Virus record (IMG/VR): IMGVR_UViG_3300020125_000159
Location: 1 to 64,000 of that record
Strand: one strand, 5' to 3'
Length of the DNA stretch: 64,000 nucleotides
Source: a virus
In this document: positions 17,338 to 27,959 of the stretch, piece by piece
Layout of the letters: every line of letters starts with the position of its first letter
Position numbering within the stretch: position 1 is the stretch's first letter
The notes under the pieces: model-generated
The model's database searches: none
What the model was told of the DNA's origin: nothing
What the model saw: the letters and a program-made list of their open reading frames with translations, nothing else
Program-made: the position numbers and the translations under genes

Positions 17338-18017
17338 GTTGCTGGCACAAACTTAGTAAACGGCGGACGAGTGCCTACAACCAAAGGAATAGGATGGGCC
17401 TCTGACGTCTTCATATGGTAGAAGAAGGCCGAAAAGTCACAATAGATTGGTATATGTAAATCATAAGCTTCGGTGGACATTACCACGTCGTTGCAACAAC
17501 CCCAGGACGGATCAGAATATCCATTCATTCTATCATCAAGATCAAATGAAAAGCGCTCAGCAACATCCCGTCTTATTATTGGGAACGGTTCCCCCATATG
17601 AAGTATTTCGATAGGTTGAGGTTGAGACAAACACCATTTATGTTGTTCAGATCCAACTTCCACCCAGATATACATGTAGTTTCTTTTTCTACCAGTAGGA
17701 TATAGGGATACATTCAACATGTTTTTCCTTTCAGGCGTGTTGTCTACATTAGCAACACCACAAACAAAGCCATATCCATTCTCTGTGTGTTTTAATATTT
17801 TATTCACACTTTCTTCATTAACAATCAAGTCGTCGCAGAGTATAGCTAAGTGGGTATACTCCTTACTGAGCATGAATGCCTGACGTAATAAGGGCCTAGT
17901 TTGGTATATTGGATACCAGTAAAAGAATATCTTATCATATTTGTATAACACATCATCGACGGCTTTATCAAAGGCGGGTAGGTCGTGTGCCTTTAAAATC
18001 GCGACTAATAATCTCAA
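17334..18017 (-). CDS. GT-A-like glycosyltransferase (paralogue 2)
   Basis: Close paralogue of 16459 with the same motifs. Confidence 0.7.
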   Translation of the reverse strand: MRLLVAILKAHDLPAFDKAVDDVLYKYDKIFFYWYPIYQTRPLLRQAFMLSKEYTHLAILCDDLIVNEESVNKILKHTENGYGFVCGVANVDNTPERKNMLNVSLYPTGRKRNYMYIWVEVGSEQHKWCLSQPQPIEILHMGEPFPIIRRDVAERFSFDLDDRMNGYSDPSWGCCNDVVMSTEAYDLHIPIYCDFSAFFYHMKTSEAHPIPLVVGTRPPFTKFVPAT

Positions 18018-18054
18018 ATTACTCTTTTTTATGCTAAGTAGATACTAAATAGGT

Positions 18055-19005
18055 ATGAGTATAGTAGCTAGTCCTACCCAACAGGGAACAGGGACGGGTG
18101 CACCTCCAGCACATCTACAGACAAATATCTTAAATGGTGGTGTAAGGATTGCCAGTTCGACTAATCCAGGAGTACAAAATGCTGTATACGTTATCACTGG
18201 TGGTCCTATAACGTCGAATGTTAATCTAGGTTTGCCAGCATTATCATCGGATGACACTATCGCAACACTTAATTCAAATAATGTGTGGACTTCACCACAT
18301 ACTTTTACTCAGGGACTAACAGCACAGGGGCCTATCAATGCAGCTTCAATAAATTCAACAGGTTCAATCAGTACTGCTAGTCTATTAGCGGGTTCGGTAA
18401 CTGCAAATGGTCCTATGAGTACAACTGGAGACTTTAATGCTGCTAATCTTGTCACCCCAGGCTCTCTACAGGTAGGTACAGCAGCTACTATAACAGGAGC
18501 AATAAACGCAGCAGGGACTACAAATCTAGGAACCACGATAGTTACAGGTAATCATACAGTTACTGGAACTACGAATCTGGGAACTACAAATACAGGCGCA
18601 CATACAGTTACAGGTGCACATACAGTTAATGGTAGTGCACAGATAAATGGGTCACATATTGTTTCAGGCACCTTTAACAATAGTGGTAATGGTTTCTATA
18701 TTATCTCAGGGAAGGTAACTCATAATCCCTCCACTATAACCTATAGTAGTGGGGGCAGTAACCACCTTACTCTAACTAATGATATTCTTGGAACGGATAC
18801 TGGTGTTTATGGAATCAACACTGGAGCAAGTCATGGTCTTGTAATTGCTACTACTCCATCCCAAATCTTAGGAATATTTAATCGTACCGCTACTCAGCAG
18901 GCAAGTTCGGGGAATGTTACAGCTCCAGCTACTTATACGACTGGCGTACAAAGTATGATAAATCAAATGTATACCGCTTTACGAAACTTTGGACTCCTTG
19001 CTTAA
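18055..19005 (+). CDS. Thr/Gly-rich beta-repeat fibre protein
   Basis: TVTGxH repeats; C-terminal LRNFGLLA typical of viral fibre/decoration proteins. Confidence 0.65.
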   Translation: MSIVASPTQQGTGTGAPPAHLQTNILNGGVRIASSTNPGVQNAVYVITGGPITSNVNLGLPALSSDDTIATLNSNNVWTSPHTFTQGLTAQGPINAASINSTGSISTASLLAGSVTANGPMSTTGDFNAANLVTPGSLQVGTAATITGAINAAGTTNLGTTIVTGNHTVTGTTNLGTTNTGAHTVTGAHTVNGSAQINGSHIVSGTFNNSGNGFYIISGKVTHNPSTITYSSGGSNHLTLTNDILGTDTGVYGINTGASHGLVIATTPSQILGIFNRTATQQASSGNVTAPATYTTGVQSMINQMYTALRNFGLLA

Positions 19006-19006
19006 A

Positions 19007-19333
19007 TTATTTATCTGGTAAATCTTCTATATTAATCTCTACAAATCGCCGTCTCTGACTGCCTTCTCTATGAAAAACGAATACTGGCTCCCTGTTTTCA
19101 TCCTTGCATTTACCACATAGATAAGCTATGGCACTACCGTCATGGTGTGCTGGTTTGTTTAGTGCACGTTTATGAGATATTGGTACTCTATAAATTCTGT
19201 CAGATACCCAGAGAAAGTCAAAACACGCGGAACAATGTAGAGCGCCTGGGTCAATCTGTGTGAGTCCTACTTCACGAGCCAATCTTTCTAATTCCGTATA
19301 AACCGCCATACTTCCGTAGCCATTATAACTCAT
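19007..19333 (-). CDS. Zn-finger hypothetical protein
   Basis: CSAC...LCGKC. Confidence 0.6.
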   Translation of the reverse strand: MSYNGYGSMAVYTELERLAREVGLTQIDPGALHCSACFDFLWVSDRIYRVPISHKRALNKPAHHDGSAIAYLCGKCKDENREPVFVFHREGSQRRRFVEINIEDLPDK

Positions 19334-19376
19334 ACCTTTTAGTTCTCTACTTACAATATAAAAGATACTAACATGT

Positions 19377-19553
19377 ATGTCGTCTGAAGTCGAAAGATTA
19401 GAACGCGAAAATCAGATACTAAGGAACGCATTGTCTGAATTAGAAGCAGAAAAAGCCACACTAGCACATACATTTCTAGGCTCTTCACTCCGAATTAGAA
19501 TGTTGTTACAGCCAACAACGGGACAGGAAAACAATGCCAATCCTGCCCAGTGA
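19377..19553 (+). CDS. 58-aa coiled-coil peptide
   Basis: MSSEVERLERENQILRNALSELE...; late motif 38 nt upstream. Confidence 0.6.
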   Translation: MSSEVERLERENQILRNALSELEAEKATLAHTFLGSSLRIRMLLQPTTGQENNANPAQ

Positions 19554-20049
19554 CGTTCTATACTATCTGAGTGGAGGAATAAGCAATACAGACCCTAATC
19601 TGTCGTTAGGGGGTGCAATAAGCTCAACACAATTCACAGATGATATGATGCACAATATGTTCGCAGATGTTACAGGAACTGAGACGACGACAGGAAGTAC
19701 GAAATATCGCTGTATCTATATTAAAAATAATCATGCAACGTTGACAATGGGGGCTGTAAGCTTCTTTATTAATACCGAGGCTTCTTCTCCAGACAACACA
19801 ATTAGGATAGGAGTAGGAACCTCTGCACTCAATGGGGTCGAACAGACAATAGCAGACGAGAACACTGCGCCTATAGGTGTGGCGTTTAGCGCCCCGACAA
19901 CTGCTGGCACTGGCCTTAGTATTCCCAACATTCCAGCTAACGAAACATTTGCGTTGTGGTTCCAGAGAATAGTAAATCCTTCAGTGAGTCGTGACTACTT
20001 TGGTAATACGTTTGTGTGGGAGATAAACTTTCAGTCTAGTTCGGTTTAG
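19534..20049 (+). CDS. Virion structural protein, YYLSGG..SLGGAIS family (paralogue of 57815 and the 42319 N-domain)
   Basis: Shared motifs YRCxYxKN and WxxRxV. Confidence 0.7.
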   Translation: MPILPSDVLYYLSGGISNTDPNLSLGGAISSTQFTDDMMHNMFADVTGTETTTGSTKYRCIYIKNNHATLTMGAVSFFINTEASSPDNTIRIGVGTSALNGVEQTIADENTAPIGVAFSAPTTAGTGLSIPNIPANETFALWFQRIVNPSVSRDYFGNTFVWEINFQSSSV

Positions 20050-20085
20050 GTAAACTTTTTATGTTATGTATATGGAGTTACCCAT

Positions 20086-20745
20086 ATGTGGGGTAAGAAA
20101 AATAAAGAGGTCAATCCTCTGATTTGTTCAGCTAGCCCTCGTGACATCCCAGAATTCCTTGAAGCCGCTGCAAAACTACCTGCAGATAAACTCTTTGCGA
20201 AATACCATACCGAAAGAGAAGCATATCGTTTACTACGCAAATACTTCCTAGGCGCTAAGCAGTATACACATATGGTACTACTTAGCGATGACCTAATTGT
20301 CACCCCAAAAGAGTATGAAATGCTTTTGAATGATGTTAAGGAGTTTGACTATCCAGTAATCGCAGGCACATGCAATATACAATATGACACGCCTAACGAT
20401 TACGTTACTGGTAAAACCATACGTTATGGTAGATTTGTGGACTTATACAAAAAGGAAGAGTTATTCAAAGGCGATCCTATCAAGTTCTGTGAGTTTGACG
20501 GCTTTGCGCTTACATTCATAAGGAGAGATATTGTAAAGAAGATAGAATTTCATTCCAAGATGTATACTAGCACTGCATTCGATTATGCTTTTGCGCAAGA
20601 GTGTTTAGATCGAGGTATACCCCAACGCGTCGATACTCGTGTCAAGATGCTTCATTTGGCATGCAGGAAGGGCGCAGCCAAACAGGAAAATTGGGGCGTC
20701 GGCATCAAGCCGCCGACAATGATATTTGAGCGATACAATCCTTAA
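20086..20745 (+). CDS. GT-A-like glycosyltransferase (paralogue 3)
   Basis: YTHMVLLSDDL, AGTCN, FIRRDIV, DYAF. Confidence 0.7.
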   Translation: MWGKKNKEVNPLICSASPRDIPEFLEAAAKLPADKLFAKYHTEREAYRLLRKYFLGAKQYTHMVLLSDDLIVTPKEYEMLLNDVKEFDYPVIAGTCNIQYDTPNDYVTGKTIRYGRFVDLYKKEELFKGDPIKFCEFDGFALTFIRRDIVKKIEFHSKMYTSTAFDYAFAQECLDRGIPQRVDTRVKMLHLACRKGAAKQENWGVGIKPPTMIFERYNP

Positions 20746-20793
20746 CGTAATTTAGTTCTCTATTTCCATAGTTCACTTTCATTATCGTATAAT

Positions 20794-21453
20794 TTGACAT
20801 TCAGAGAACATACTATAGCAAGTGACGATTTAGCAGTTAAGGTCAAACGATATAACCCAGACAGTATTGGAAACAAAATCGGAAGATGGTGGGACGGTGT
20901 TAAGCATAAAACAGATCATGAACAACATTTCTTTCCAGAACCTAACTTTTCAGAGCATGTACGAGGTTGTGGATTTCTTACCGCAGAATGCAGGCGATGG
21001 GATGAAGAACTTGATGACTATACCGACTGGTTCTATCTGGCTAAAAATAAACACAATCTTTTAACACAGAATGGTAGAGACTATTTCCATGTTCAGTGTT
21101 ATGGAATAGCAGCTTCAATCTCAGCACAGACTGGAACAAACGGTATGAATTGGATAGGATTAACTAGTTCTACAAGCGCTCCACTTACAACTGATACTAT
21201 CTTAGTAGGCGAAATCACTACGAGCGGTCTTACACGAACGTTAGGAACTGTGGCTCACACGCTTTCTGCGACTACAACCACTGTGAGTAATACTTTCACC
21301 GCTACTGGTACGTTAACCAATGTTCAAGCATCCGCCCTCTTCAATTCTAACTCAGGAGGAGCTAACATTATATCACATGAAGCAACCTTTACGCCTACGA
21401 CGCTTAATAATAATGACCAGCTCGCGATTACGTGGACACTTACATTAAGTTAA
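20794..21453 (+). CDS. Minor tail protein (collar/fibre-anchor-like)
   Basis: NLLTQNGR..DT.L.GEI...GL.R pattern; distant paralogue of 46034. Confidence 0.6.
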   Translation: MTFREHTIASDDLAVKVKRYNPDSIGNKIGRWWDGVKHKTDHEQHFFPEPNFSEHVRGCGFLTAECRRWDEELDDYTDWFYLAKNKHNLLTQNGRDYFHVQCYGIAASISAQTGTNGMNWIGLTSSTSAPLTTDTILVGEITTSGLTRTLGTVAHTLSATTTTVSNTFTATGTLTNVQASALFNSNSGGANIISHEATFTPTTLNNNDQLAITWTLTLS

Positions 21454-21517
21454 GCCTTAACTGATAACCTTAGGCTAACAATAGCCTATTTATTAGAGGC
21501 CGACTTTCCTCTTATTT

Positions 21518-22120
21518 ATGAAAGAACGTTGGTCAACAAAAAAATATTTTATCAATCCTCAACATTATATTAATTTAAAATGCGTTAAATGTGAGAAGCA
21601 ATTTACTAGGAAGAAGGGATATCATGAAATGTGTATTAGCAGAAGCAAAGGAAGAGGTCCATTCTGTTCTCCCAAATGTGCGTTAACTGGTAGAGTAGTT
21701 TCTGATACTGAAAGACAAAAGATTTCCGAATCTCAGAAATATATATCATTTCAAAATAGAGGTAGAAAAGGTCATCCAGTATCTCAGGAGACGAGAGATA
21801 AAATCAGGATGTCGAAGATAGGAATATCAAGTAAGACTGATTGGAATATAATCGCAACTGACGCAAGAAATCGTGGAGTATCTAAATATGTAGTAATGAG
21901 AGCGCCAATTCCAGATTATATTTTTGTTCAGAATGGTAGACTGGTTGCTGTAGAAATAGAAAAAGAGCAATGGGAAACTGGTATCAGATCAAAAATGAAT
22001 GAGTATGAGGGATATCATAGCAAATGGGATAAAGTTATTATTGTTTGGTACACTCCTGACAATATCAAAAGAAAAGAATGGACTTCACATAATGGTAGTT
22101 GGAATCTAGTTACCTCCTAG
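21518..22120 (+). CDS. Free-standing homing-endonuclease-like gene (Zn finger + NUMOD3 + PD-(D/E)XK)
   Basis: CVKC..FCSPKC; SQETRDKIRMSK; PDY...VEIEK. Confidence 0.7.
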   Translation: MKERWSTKKYFINPQHYINLKCVKCEKQFTRKKGYHEMCISRSKGRGPFCSPKCALTGRVVSDTERQKISESQKYISFQNRGRKGHPVSQETRDKIRMSKIGISSKTDWNIIATDARNRGVSKYVVMRAPIPDYIFVQNGRLVAVEIEKEQWETGIRSKMNEYEGYHSKWDKVIIVWYTPDNIKRKEWTSHNGSWNLVTS

Positions 22121-22164
22121 ACGGTTAGTTCTCTCTTTTCTTTTTCATTTAATTTATTTCATTA

Positions 22165-24267
22165 TTGACTAGGCCGATTAAAGGTTTAACAGGCATCGCC
22201 GCTACAGGCGATGGTACTCATTTTGGTAGTAACGATATTGACAAGATAAATGATCTTCTAACTGGAGGAGTTCAAGCAGGAGATCCAGTAACAATAAACA
22301 CTAATACGACTTTTGGTAGTGGTAACCTGAGGGCTACAAATCCAACTCTTACAAACATACTTTCAACTGCGATGTCACTCAGAAATCCAACTAACACATT
22401 CAGCTCTACGGTTGTTAATCCCACGGTTACCGCTAACTCTAACTTTCAATTCAACATTCCATATGACTATTATATTTTTATAGATCCAGACGATGGGAAT
22501 AAGTATAAGGCTAGGAACGGTAGAACTGGAGCAATAGACTATGTTGATTCCACTAATGCGGATGTAGTAATAAATGGCGCGATAAATTCCTTATCATCAA
22601 CTTCAACACAGGGAACTAGTGGACCCACCTTGAATGTCTGGACTGGTGGAAAGTATGGAAAAATATTTGTCGGCCCTGGGACATTCAGCGTTGCCAATTC
22701 CATAGTACTACAGAGCAATATCTCCCTGACAGGATGCGGACCTCACGCCACCACGTTCAAACTCCAGAACAGTCATGCCAATAATGCAAATTCTACCGTT
22801 ATGAAGAGTTTTAGATATGATAGTAAATCGTTCGAGGGTATAGGTGGCACATCGGCTGGGCAATGCGATATAGGAATACAGCTGTCACATTTCACAATAG
22901 ATGGTAATAAATCCAATAATGCCACGTTACTGGATGCAAATGTTAGAACTTCCACCGTCTCAGGTGGTATAGAAACCGCGGTCCCAAGCTGGGGTTTTGG
23001 AATTGCATTGTATGCCTCAGACACATACCTTGACGATATTGAGGTGTTTAATTGTAGGGGTGCAGGAATATGTATTTGCGGCCCTGCGGGCATCAACTAT
23101 TCTGATGGTAATGCATATACTAACGTTGGTATGACTAGACTATCGAATATATTCGCCTATACAAATGACCAACAAGGGATATTGAATCGAGGAGGGGGTT
23201 ATTTCATGTTGAATAATTTTGTAACAGCCCATAATGGTGAAGCAGGATATGATAGCGAGATCTGTGGGGGGGCCTCTCCGTTTTGGGCCGCTACATGCGC
23301 ATTTATAAGCAATGGCCAAATATTCCAAGATGGAGATAATCACGCAAACGAGACAAAGAGTGTATTTAATCCAAACGCATATGAGATGCGTATTTGTGGC
23401 GGTCATGTATTCATGACGAATTGTTGGGTTGAAGGACCAGATGGTCCAGGTGATGCGATAGTACTCGGACTATATGGATTATCAAACAATATGCCTCTTG
23501 GAAATGGTTTCCAACTAGGCACTAACTGTAGTACAATAACAATGAGAAATGTGTATATTGATAACTGTCACTATCAGGGACTCAGGGGCTCATCAAGCGC
23601 GCAAAGATGTGATATTGAGGCATATATAAATTGCGAAATAGAGACAGGTTGGGGCACACAATATGGTCAGGCTGGTGCATATTGGGCGGGTTCAACAGGA
23701 AACAAATTGGACCTGCATATCAAATATCTACCCTCTCCACCTGGTGATACGACTATATATCATCCAGCGTTTACCCTGGGGAATACATCAGGAGCTGCAT
23801 CCGATAATAATAATATCACATTACACTTAGCCGCAGTACAATATCTTATCAGATGGAATGCCTCCGCAGGAAATGGAAATATCATTAATATTATATACAA
23901 CCTTCGAACAGACGCGGCGGCAGCCCCTCTTGGTTTCTTTACACCAGATAGCACATCAATTGATTATACAAAGAACATTATCAATGTGCAGGCCGCAGAT
24001 TACGGACTCTCAACTGTAGGGTTTATGAGCCAGAATGGTGGTACTGCCACACTTACAGGAAATGCAGCAACCACCGTTTTTACAGTTGCTCATGGCCTAT
24101 TTGCAGCACCCAAAGTCGTAGAAACAAGAGCCAGTAACTTGGCGGCAGCCAATGCCCCAGCTTACTATACGACTGCAGATGCTACAAACATAACATTTAC
24201 TTTCGTCTCTGCGCCTGCTACTGGTAGTCTTACATACTGGTGGAATGCTAGAGTAAATGTTCAATAA
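22165..24267 (+). CDS. Tail spike / receptor-binding protein with right-handed beta-helix
   Basis: INGAIN..GKIFVGPGTF..ISLTG.G, IDGNK pectate-lyase-like repeats. Confidence 0.8.
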   Translation: MTRPIKGLTGIAATGDGTHFGSNDIDKINDLLTGGVQAGDPVTINTNTTFGSGNLRATNPTLTNILSTAMSLRNPTNTFSSTVVNPTVTANSNFQFNIPYDYYIFIDPDDGNKYKARNGRTGAIDYVDSTNADVVINGAINSLSSTSTQGTSGPTLNVWTGGKYGKIFVGPGTFSVANSIVLQSNISLTGCGPHATTFKLQNSHANNANSTVMKSFRYDSKSFEGIGGTSAGQCDIGIQLSHFTIDGNKSNNATLLDANVRTSTVSGGIETAVPSWGFGIALYASDTYLDDIEVFNCRGAGICICGPAGINYSDGNAYTNVGMTRLSNIFAYTNDQQGILNRGGGYFMLNNFVTAHNGEAGYDSEICGGASPFWAATCAFISNGQIFQDGDNHANETKSVFNPNAYEMRICGGHVFMTNCWVEGPDGPGDAIVLGLYGLSNNMPLGNGFQLGTNCSTITMRNVYIDNCHYQGLRGSSSAQRCDIEAYINCEIETGWGTQYGQAGAYWAGSTGNKLDLHIKYLPSPPGDTTIYHPAFTLGNTSGAASDNNNITLHLAAVQYLIRWNASAGNGNIINIIYNLRTDAAAAPLGFFTPDSTSIDYTKNIINVQAADYGLSTVGFMSQNGGTATLTGNAATTVFTVAHGLFAAPKVVETRASNLAAANAPAYYTTADATNITFTFVSAPATGSLTYWWNARVNVQ

Positions 24268-24340
24268 GAAAAAGCCAGAAATGCATATAATAACTCCTTA
24301 GTTCTCTCTTTTCTTTTTCTTTCATTTATTTCGTTAATTA

Positions 24341-27300
24341 TTGGTTAGACCTATTAAGAATTTAGCAGGCAGTATCGCCACAGGTGACGGTACTCATTTT
24401 GGTACTAATGATCTTGACCAGATAAATAATCTATTTACTGGCCAAGACCAGTCTGCCACAGATCCAGTAACAATCAATACTACTACAACATTTGGTGCTG
24501 GTAAACTACTGGGTGGTAACTTTCCATATACATATATTATATATAAATCTGGTAGTAATTTCATTGCTGATAGTGGACAGGGAATTAGTCCTAGTACAAG
24601 TACAAGCAATTCGGACTTTGCAACACTATTTAATAATGTAATTAGTGGCATAAATCCAGCTGGAACACCTACCCGTATTCAATTAGGGGCTGGGGACTTT
24701 CCTATTAACAATCTCATATCAATTCCACCATCTACAATTGGAAATATAGAGGTTAGAGGTATGGGTATGGGTGTCACAAACCTACTCATGAGTACTGGCC
24801 TGAATAGTCAAGGTGCTAATGACGCCATAAAGGTTGGTGCACTTACCGTGTCAAGTTCTGGGAATACTGGAACACTTACTGCTAACGCAAATATCAAAGC
24901 TACGACTGTGACAATGTCCACAGCAGACTCGGCAAAGTTTGCAGTTGATGATTATGTCTTGTTGGAGCACACTGGAATATATTCAGCAGCACCATCAGGT
25001 GGTGCACGACAGGGAGAAGTTCATAGAGTCACTGCCGTCAACACTGGCACAGGAGTTGTCACGTTAAACACTCCAATTCTTGCGAATTACACTACAGCGA
25101 ATACTGCACTGCTCATAAAGCTGACATTACTGACTAACGTTAAATTCGCACATCTTACCATAAAGAAAGATGTTGGAAATCTTACGTCAAGTACTATACA
25201 ATTCTTCACTGCATATCATGTCAACAACATGCAACTTGATTGTGTCCAACTGATAGACAGTGTTGCTAATTTCTATAGTGCTTTAACATATCAATCATGT
25301 ATAAACTCCTCTATAACAAATTGTTATATCCTACAGAACGCTGCTAACGCGTCCAATCAGCAGTATGGAATAGCGCTTACATCTCACTGTACTAACATAA
25401 TAGTTGATCATTGTAAGGCATATGGATCATGGAGGCATCCATTCGAAGTTACTGGAAGGACTAGTGTATCAGATCCATGCACTGCTGGACAAGGAAGAAA
25501 CGTCACGATTAGCAACTGTCTTTCAATAGGCTCTAACACTGGATCTTTTGATACTCATGCTGATGCAGATCAGGTAAGGTTTGAGAATTGTGCAGTTCTT
25601 GGAACTACAGGAGGAAATGGATTTGAACTGCGGTCTGCGAGACCAGTGGTGTCAAATTGCACTGTTAATGCTGCAGTGACTAGAGGTTTTGATTTATTAG
25701 AAGATGCGAGTGACGCACAAATAATAAGTTGTTCAGCATCAAATTGTGGAAATGAAGGACTGCGTATTCAGACAAATGTTAAAAGAGTGAAAGTCATTGG
25801 AGGTTCGTATAATAATAATAGTAATGATGGAATTAATGTAGCAATAGGTGCCGACTATACTGTAATCTCTGGTGTCAATGCCAATAACAACACCTTCAAT
25901 GGCATCAAAATAATAGATACAGATCATGTAAACATAAATGGATGTCTTACAACAGGAAATACTCTACATGGAATATATGTTAATGCACCAACACTCACAT
26001 TAAGTAATGTCAGTGTAAGTAATAATGATACTACAGGAAACACTCTTTCAGGCATATTATTAGATCCTAATGTGACTGGATCGTCGTCGACGTTTTTGGG
26101 CAACGGATTACTACTTAGAAACCCCGCTAACACATTTACTTCTACCATAGTCAATCCAGCGGTAACAGCCAACTCCACCCTTCAGTTTAATGCACCATAC
26201 GACTATTATATTTTCATAGATCCAGACGATTCTAGTAAGATTAAGTGTCGAAGTGGTAGGACTGGCGCTATAGAATCGTCGCATGCAACTAATGCAGACG
26301 TCCCAATACAGTACGCATTAAATCAACTTACATCAGGTGGATCTATATTTATAGGAATAGGTAGTTTTCCAATTACTAGTCCAATTACATCGTCTCATGG
26401 TATCAACATAGTAGGCAGTGGGAGAGGAAACACGACTCTACTTCACACAATGACAACAGCTGCAGCTCTAATATCTCTGATAGGTGACAATTCCATACTT
26501 GCAAGACTTACTGTAGATGGGAATTTTCCCACAAACTCAACTGCTGTATCTGCAGAGATATCCACTTCTGGTACAAATGTGATTATTACAGATTGTGAAG
26601 TGAAGAATTTCTTAACTCGTGGCGTAGCTAATTCTGGAAAAATAACACTTGCAAATTCAATTATAGGGCCTACTACTGGTACTGCCACTGGTTCCACTCC
26701 TGGCGGATTTTGGTCTGGTTCTTTGACTGCATGGAATAAGATAGAGAACTGTAGATTTGAAGGTATTAATGGTGGCGCTATGCTTTATACAGGATATACC
26801 ATAATTAGTGGTTGTATTTTTGGCAATAATAACAACGCCTCATTCGGTGGTGGTCAGCTTGCGGCCTCAACCAATGGAGTTGTCACTATAATAGAGAATA
26901 ATATCATATATCCTGGGGCAGTAGCTGGAGCAACAGGACTGGAGGTGAATAATGGTGATCATTTCGTCAGAGGTAATTGGATAAATGGACAGGCCTCGGC
27001 AGGAATAGCTGTTAATCCAAGCGTTCCTATTGGTAATACTGTCATATCTGACAACGTTATATCTGGTTGTGGAACAAGCGGTATTCAGTTTATTGCTGGT
27101 GGGTCAGGACAGCAGTATTTTCAAATAAAAAATAACAACTGTAAAGGGAACGGTCATTATGGTATAGAGATTGGTGTAGCGGCGCATAATAACTACACTA
27201 TCACAGGCAATATACTTTATGGAAATACACTAGGTCAGCTTCTAGACAATGGGACTGGCACTAGTAAAACTGTGATTAATAATATTGGTTATAATCCTGT

Positions 27301-27532
27301 AACACAATCAGCAATAACTGTTACTACCTCACCATTTACATATACGAACATTGACGGATATCCAGAGGTCGTGACAGTAATAGGCGGAACAGTAAGTCTA
27401 ATTCAGCTTAAAAGGGGAGCAACAACAATCACACTTTTTACATCAACCCCAGGCTCGGTTTACTTACAGCAAAATGATGCTGTGGTTGTAACATACAGTT
27501 CGGCACCTACAATGGAGAAGTTCCCACAATAG
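24341..27532 (+). CDS. Tail spike with two tandem beta-helix domains
   Basis: N-terminus shared with 22165; many NxxxGI repeats. Confidence 0.8.
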   Translation: MVRPIKNLAGSIATGDGTHFGTNDLDQINNLFTGQDQSATDPVTINTTTTFGAGKLLGGNFPYTYIIYKSGSNFIADSGQGISPSTSTSNSDFATLFNNVISGINPAGTPTRIQLGAGDFPINNLISIPPSTIGNIEVRGMGMGVTNLLMSTGLNSQGANDAIKVGALTVSSSGNTGTLTANANIKATTVTMSTADSAKFAVDDYVLLEHTGIYSAAPSGGARQGEVHRVTAVNTGTGVVTLNTPILANYTTANTALLIKLTLLTNVKFAHLTIKKDVGNLTSSTIQFFTAYHVNNMQLDCVQLIDSVANFYSALTYQSCINSSITNCYILQNAANASNQQYGIALTSHCTNIIVDHCKAYGSWRHPFEVTGRTSVSDPCTAGQGRNVTISNCLSIGSNTGSFDTHADADQVRFENCAVLGTTGGNGFELRSARPVVSNCTVNAAVTRGFDLLEDASDAQIISCSASNCGNEGLRIQTNVKRVKVIGGSYNNNSNDGINVAIGADYTVISGVNANNNTFNGIKIIDTDHVNINGCLTTGNTLHGIYVNAPTLTLSNVSVSNNDTTGNTLSGILLDPNVTGSSSTFLGNGLLLRNPANTFTSTIVNPAVTANSTLQFNAPYDYYIFIDPDDSSKIKCRSGRTGAIESSHATNADVPIQYALNQLTSGGSIFIGIGSFPITSPITSSHGINIVGSGRGNTTLLHTMTTAAALISLIGDNSILARLTVDGNFPTNSTAVSAEISTSGTNVIITDCEVKNFLTRGVANSGKITLANSIIGPTTGTATGSTPGGFWSGSLTAWNKIENCRFEGINGGAMLYTGYTIISGCIFGNNNNASFGGGQLAASTNGVVTIIENNIIYPGAVAGATGLEVNNGDHFVRGNWINGQASAGIAVNPSVPIGNTVISDNVISGCGTSGIQFIAGGSGQQYFQIKNNNCKGNGHYGIEIGVAAHNNYTITGNILYGNTLGQLLDNGTGTSKTVINNIGYNPVTQSAITVTTSPFTYTNIDGYPEVVTVIGGTVSLIQLKRGATTITLFTSTPGSVYLQQNDAVVVTYSSAPTMEKFPQ

Positions 27533-27572
27533 CACTTTAGTTCTCTCTTTATCTATTTCTCATTTATTTTTA

Positions 27573-27959
27573 TTGCCTAACACTAGTCATAAGTTTGACC
27601 CTACTAATTGTAACTATACCAGTTGGAGTCCTGATACATGTGGTTGTATAATAACATATGAATGGGATAAATCAACTAGAGATACTCCTGAGATAAGGGA
27701 GCATAGGCCTGTTCATGAAGACGTTCTAATTATCGGTCAGGACGGTCAGCCTATAAATCATAATAAAAAATGTGAACATCATAAACACTTACCTGACACA
27801 AAGGCTCATTTTGATACCATTCTAGAGGAAAACCAGCGTAAGAACAAAGCTCATGCAGAGATAGGTATTGACAAACAAATAACATGGGAGTTTGATTCTA
27901 AACGCAAATTGCATATATATCACGAAGGTAAGAAAGTTCTAGAAGTTGCCAAAAGTTGA
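27573..27959 (+). CDS. Hypothetical late protein (WSPDTCGC motif)
   Basis: Late motif upstream; possible fibre chaperone. Confidence 0.6.
   Translation: MPNTSHKFDPTNCNYTSWSPDTCGCIITYEWDKSTRDTPEIREHRPVHEDVLIIGQDGQPINHNKKCEHHKHLPDTKAHFDTILEENQRKNKAHAEIGIDKQITWEFDSKRKLHIYHEGKKVLEVAKS

Noticed and set aside
22165-27532. Diversity-generating retroelement acting on the spikes
   Set aside because: No reverse transcriptase in the window; differences between duplicated segments are not adenine-specific
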